Assembly (NCBI GenBank): GCA_964036045.1
Contig: OZ038379.1
Span: 4,092,001 to 4,156,000, forward strand
Reading direction: 5' to 3'
DNA length: 64,000 bases
DNA from: Eutreptiella sp. 'Long Island Sound 2002'
Lineage: Eukaryota > Protista > Euglenida
The notes under the pieces were generated by a model. It searched no databases. It worked only from the letters and a program-made list of their open reading frames with translations, and was not told the origin of the DNA. The position numbers and the translations under genes are program-made. Every line of letters begins with the position of its first letter. Position 1 is the stretch's first letter. Shown in pieces: positions 59,896 through 64,000 of this stretch.

Positions 59896-60966
59896 TTCAG
59901 AAGTGACAGGGGAAAGGAAAAAGGCAGACATAAGGCACAAGATACAGAGTTAGTTGGGGTTCCTCAGTCAAGAATGAAACATCAAGAACACAGGGCCAAA
60001 GGACACCGGGCAAAGTTGAAGAGGAAGTCGTGGAGGGAAGCCAAATAGAGGATGAGGATGTGAGCGTAACACTTTCTGCATGCATATATTTAGTTGAGTG
60101 GAGATACACAACGTGATTCGAGAATGAGGCATCCGCCCGCTAGAAGGCGTGGCCTGATGGTTGTACGTATCTCTACTGGGAATTTGGGCATTGTTTTGTG
60201 AAGCGCCCAGAAACACCAGCACGTTAAGCCATATGGAGCATGGCGTGGCCATGATTCTGCTCCCCAAATGACCAAATTCAGGATTGCCCCCCCCCCCTGG
60301 GGGGGGGCGGGGGCGACTCCACGGGTCATAGGACGCCAACTCCCCCCCCCCGCCCCCAGGGGTCCTCCGGCCAACAGTTAGTTGCCAAAGGTGCCACGCT
60401 GAGGAGTCCATGGGCGCTGAAGGCGCCTGAAGGAACACTTTGTCCACTTTACAACCCAACACTATCATTCCACCCAACCCTGACCCTCATGCCCCCCCCA
60501 ACCCTCAGCCTAGTGCTAAACCAACACCTACACCCCTAGCCCTAACCCTAGACCTAGGCGGCGCACTTAGCGCAGTGCAAGGACACCCGAGCCGTAGCCC
60601 AATACGTTCTCCTGGGTATGCGTGGTAAACTCTTTCCCCCCTGTGCGGAGGCTGTACCTGAAGACAAACACGAGCTGCTGCACTAGCTCCCAGCTTGGCA
60701 CTCCTCTTTATTGAGGGATATCCACAACAATACATATTTCAGCCCCTCCAGGGAGGGGGGGGGGTGACGACAGGAAACTGTAGCTGCAGGGCGCCATCTT
60801 TTACAGAGAGTGCCTGCCCCACCCCGCACATGGGCACCGGTGTACATGTTGGGTCTCATGAAGATTGCTTAGCCAGCGATGCATATGCAGTCGAACCCCC
60901 CCCCCCCCAAGGCCAGCCCCATGTTGTGGATGGAATGGGTCACGAGGCACAAGCTGCGCTACCTCT

Positions 60967-60989
60967 CTTTCCGAGTGTCTATTTTTTTG
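60967..60989 (+). other. Relic euglenid spliced-leader (SL) exon
   Basis: CTTTCCGAGTGTCTATTTTTTTG versus the euglenid SL core CTTTCTGAGTGTCTATTTTTTTTCG (recalled). 21 of the first 22 nt match. Not followed by the GT of the SL intron. Confidence 0.8.
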
Positions 60990-62400
60990 ATTTATCTGTA
61001 GATCATTTCTGATGTAGGGGTCATGGGCTCGACCCAGCAAAAAAAAATTGCATACAAGTTTCTTGCAACGTCAGTAGACAATGGCGATCTCCATGCTGCA
61101 GCTGCCAATAACTACCCAAAGCGCCAGTGCAATAGGTTTTTACGACAAGTGGGTGCAAGCTGCTTTTCAGCTCACGACTACTTACGTGGCTTGGCAAACG
61201 GTTTTTCAACAAAGTGTGCGCCACGAACTGCAGAGGCAATAGCTGCCGTCAGAAATAACGCAGTTTCTTTGTGCGCTTGCAATTTTGACATTGTTGCAAA
61301 TCTGTCCTCAAGTGAAGCCCACGTGCACCGAGTCTATTTTAGTTGTGTACTTTGCTTCGCGCCCAGACCATGGTTTCCGTTTCCAGATGGTTTATCACGC
61401 CGCCGCTGCAATCAACCGCTTGTTTCACAACCTGATGAAGAACCGGTATTTCATTCACCTCCGGTAGATTCTAAAACGGCCACACATTGGAGGAAACGTT
61501 GTTCCCATGGGGTATTTCTTTAATTTGAGGACTCACCGATTCCGCACCCGCGGACTAGCACATCACCAAAAAGCGCTGAAGAGGTCACCGTTGTCAAGTG
61601 CAAGAAACACTTTTTTGGCCGTGATACAAGCGTATTCCGGTCCCACCATCTCTTCTCGATTCTAGCAAAGAAACCAAACCTAGGTTTCAACACATCAGCT
61701 CTAACAAAAAGATCCCGTGTCACGGCGCGTGTTTACACTTTGTTACGCCGCCGCAAAAACGGCACACCACTGTGCTGGTCAAAACCAGCGAGAGGGCCAA
61801 GAATTCAAGAATGGCGCAGTATACAACCTCCATCTCGCATATGGAGCAGCAGTCCCGCTCGTGCCGAACCTTTTATGGACACCGTGTCCACTTTGGAAGA
61901 CTCGCTAGGGTTGTCATCAAAGAGTGTTTCTGAAGTTTCAAGTACCGCGGAGGCTGTTTTCACTGCGCCGGCTGTTTTCTTGATGCCATCGCGCAACCGG
62001 ACTGTAAAGAGCCCGTGAGGGATGAAGACGAACCGGAAATGAGGTGTGCAACATTTCGTAGCCACTTTCTTACATTGCCGTGTTCCTCGACCTTTTGCGC
62101 ATCGCGGTACGATCTACCGGAGGGCCTGTTTAGGGATTCCTCTAGTGAGACATTGTGCAACCGAAGCGAAATCTCTCCTACAATCTTTTCACAACGGTAT
62201 TGGATGCATGATGGCAACAACACCATGGTCGAGGACGTTCACTGGTTGCAAGCCGTACGCGACTCAGACAAGGGAACACAAAAACAAGGGAACACCTCCA
62301 CGGCCCGTTGAGAGATAGAGAAAGTCAATGAGTATAACATCAATGTGCACCGAAATGCGTGGTGCCCGCGCCGCTGCTTCTTCGCATTGACCATTTACTC
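60967..62400 (+). pseudogene. Probable processed retrocopy of an SL-trans-spliced mRNA (frames broken; product unidentified)
   Basis: SL relic 33 nt before the ATG at 61023; protein-like stretches alternate between frames with stops. Right boundary approximate. Confidence 0.5.
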
Positions 62401-62569
62401 CGGTCGCTGCGGACAATGCAAAGGAGTCCCCCAACATGAATGCTCTGTGGTATGTGTCAAGGTAAAATTCCTAGTTTTTGTACAATTTACCAGATGTTGT
62501 ACCACATAGCATGGGCTACAAGAGTTGTACAATAAAGTGCTTAATTTTATGGGCTTTGGGGTTTTAAAG

Positions 62570-64000
62570 TCGCCTCCCATGTATTCTCGTCTCCCAAGAC
62601 GGATACGTACCCAGAACACCAAATCTGTAGATCCCCTAGAGAGTCCTTGTCAGAACTTCGTGGGACAGGTAACATCAAACCCCTTTTTGCGAAGCTTTCG
62701 CGCCATCCGCATTGAAGCGGGAGCGTATACGGGGGTTAGACTCGTCCCCATCTTCGTTGCCACATTCAGCTCCTTGTTCTTGTTGCGCTTGCCCTTGGGA
62801 ACGGGTTGTAGGCCCCGGGTTTTGCTGCCCACCAGAGGGCTCAGGATCGGTCCCCCCTGGCGTAAGGTTGGGGTTTCTCACGGACGTGTCATGGTTCTTG
62901 TCCTGATTCTTCTTGTTAGGGCCTCCGCGTCCTCCACCTTTGCCTTGCTCTTGGCCCTTGCCTCGGCCTGTAGACTTCCCCTTACCCTTGTCACCGTTGC
63001 CTTTGCCTCCTTGACCGCCATTCTGGGCCTCGCTCTTCAGCTTGGCTGACAAGTGCTGCTTGTGGTAGCACTCAGCCTCGTAGTGCTGGCGCTTGCCACA
63101 GGAGGCACATGTGATGGTACACCTGTAGTGGTCGGGCATCTTGGCCTTCCCGCCAGTGTTGGACTACTGCGTTTTGCCCTGCACCACGAAGCACTCGTGC
63201 CTGTCGCAGTCCGGGGCATGCACCAGGCCGCCCCTCTCATGTCTGGCGTCACACCAAAAACGGGTCTTGGACATGGCTCATGTAGCGAGCATTCTTAGAA
63301 GTAGACCCCTGTACAGGTCGAGGTCCTTGATACCCACGGCCACGCTTCCCAGAGTTGCCTCATCAAGGGCGGTAGGCGTTGAGATGCCGGTCACTCTCCT
63401 TTTCCAGCGCCAGCTCCAATAGACGTACTGAAAAGTCCCCATTGGTAAGGGTTCTTGCCTTGCGCTCCGCCGTAGCCCGATACTCATCCCATACGTCTCG
63501 TGGGATCTTGGCCAGCAACCTGACAAGCAACTCGTTGCTGCCGTACGATCCGGGCGTTAGGTCTCCACCGAATGGTCCAAGTCGGCCAGTACTTCAGAGA
63601 TACGCGCAGCTTTGGGGTTGTTGGGCAACATGGCCAGATTTTGGATCTTGGTCTAGACGGATAGGTCGGTCTCATAGGAGGGGTACCGCCTGTCAAGGGC
63701 AATCAACGCATCAACGAATGTGGCGGACTTCGCCACAATTTGCTTCGCTTGCTTCTCTAGGTACTTGGTCTTGCAACATTGCAAGAGCAGGTCGCACTTC
63801 ACCCGCCCACTAGCGTTGGTCTGGCCGGTCATCCCCAGGAACCGACCAAAACTCTCCGCGAACTTGCTGAGGTCGTTCTCCGTGAACTCAGGAAGGTTCA
63901 CCACAATCTTCGAGGTGGCGATAGCCTTGGCCTCCTTGGAGCGGCACCTCTCGTGGCGACTGCTCTTCCTTTTCTTCTCCTTCTTTTTGTCACTGGTGTT
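62570..64000 (-). mobile_element. gag: Degenerate LTR-retrotransposon gag (with CCHC knuckle) and possible start of protease; truncated, runs off the window
   Basis: NLPEFTENDLSKFAESFGRFL...KYLEKQAKQIV...; CASCGKRQHYEAEC (C-x2-C-x4-H-x4-C); Gly/Lys-rich tail; then FWVRIRLG. Several stops and frameshifts. Confidence 0.7.

Noticed and set aside
60470-60556. Telomere-like CCCTAA repeats
   Set aside because: Only one exact CCCTAA among degenerate hexamers; not enough to call an interstitial telomere.
60967-61060. SL RNA gene
   Set aside because: The leader is followed by ATTTAT rather than the GT-starting SL intron, and it is not tandemly repeated.
61023-61523. Intact 166-aa ankyrin-like gene
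   Set aside because: Only a loose LHAAA...GA match. An overlapping frame looks equally protein-like but has stops, which fits a pseudogene better.
1-64000. rRNA, tRNA or prokaryotic operon features
   Set aside because: No conserved rRNA segments, tRNA cloverleaves with T-loop motifs, or operon-like gene density were seen by eye; a tRNAscan/Infernal run would be needed to exclude them fully.

Overview
Repeat-rich eukaryotic genomic DNA, most likely from a euglenid. Evidence: a near-perfect euglenid spliced-leader relic at 60967-60989, polypyrimidine-AG acceptors 1-16 nt before start codons, and GT-AG introns. I reconstructed three spliced host genes by hand: a 9-exon zf-CW-like/ARID/PWWP chromatin reader (5134-13874, minus), a two-blade hemopexin-repeat gene (38740-40723, minus), and a large secreted mosaic protein built from phase-1 exons (signal peptide, C-type lectin, VWA-like, Sushi-like, PAN/Apple; 45006-55782+, plus). 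The main mobile element is a near-intact VIPER/TATE-type tyrosine-recombinase retrotransposon (about 16826-22990, minus; gag-YR-RT-RNase H). In it, gag and the recombinase are in one frame, separated by a single UGA-C followed by an 8-nt spacer and a predicted H-type pseudoknot, the layout of a retroviral readthrough signal. It also carries an extra Arg-rich 3' ORF and 3' tandem copies of an internal segment. Other elements: a TIR-less family with hairpin ends and AAG/TAAG junctions in tandem clusters, a foldback element holding a higher-order tandem array, two TA-flanked MITEs, two abutting tandem arrays inside a (CA)n-bracketed block, and a degenerate LTR-type gag at the right edge. I found no rRNA, tRNA or CRISPR array. 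All domain calls come from reading motifs by eye; no searches or folding programs were run.
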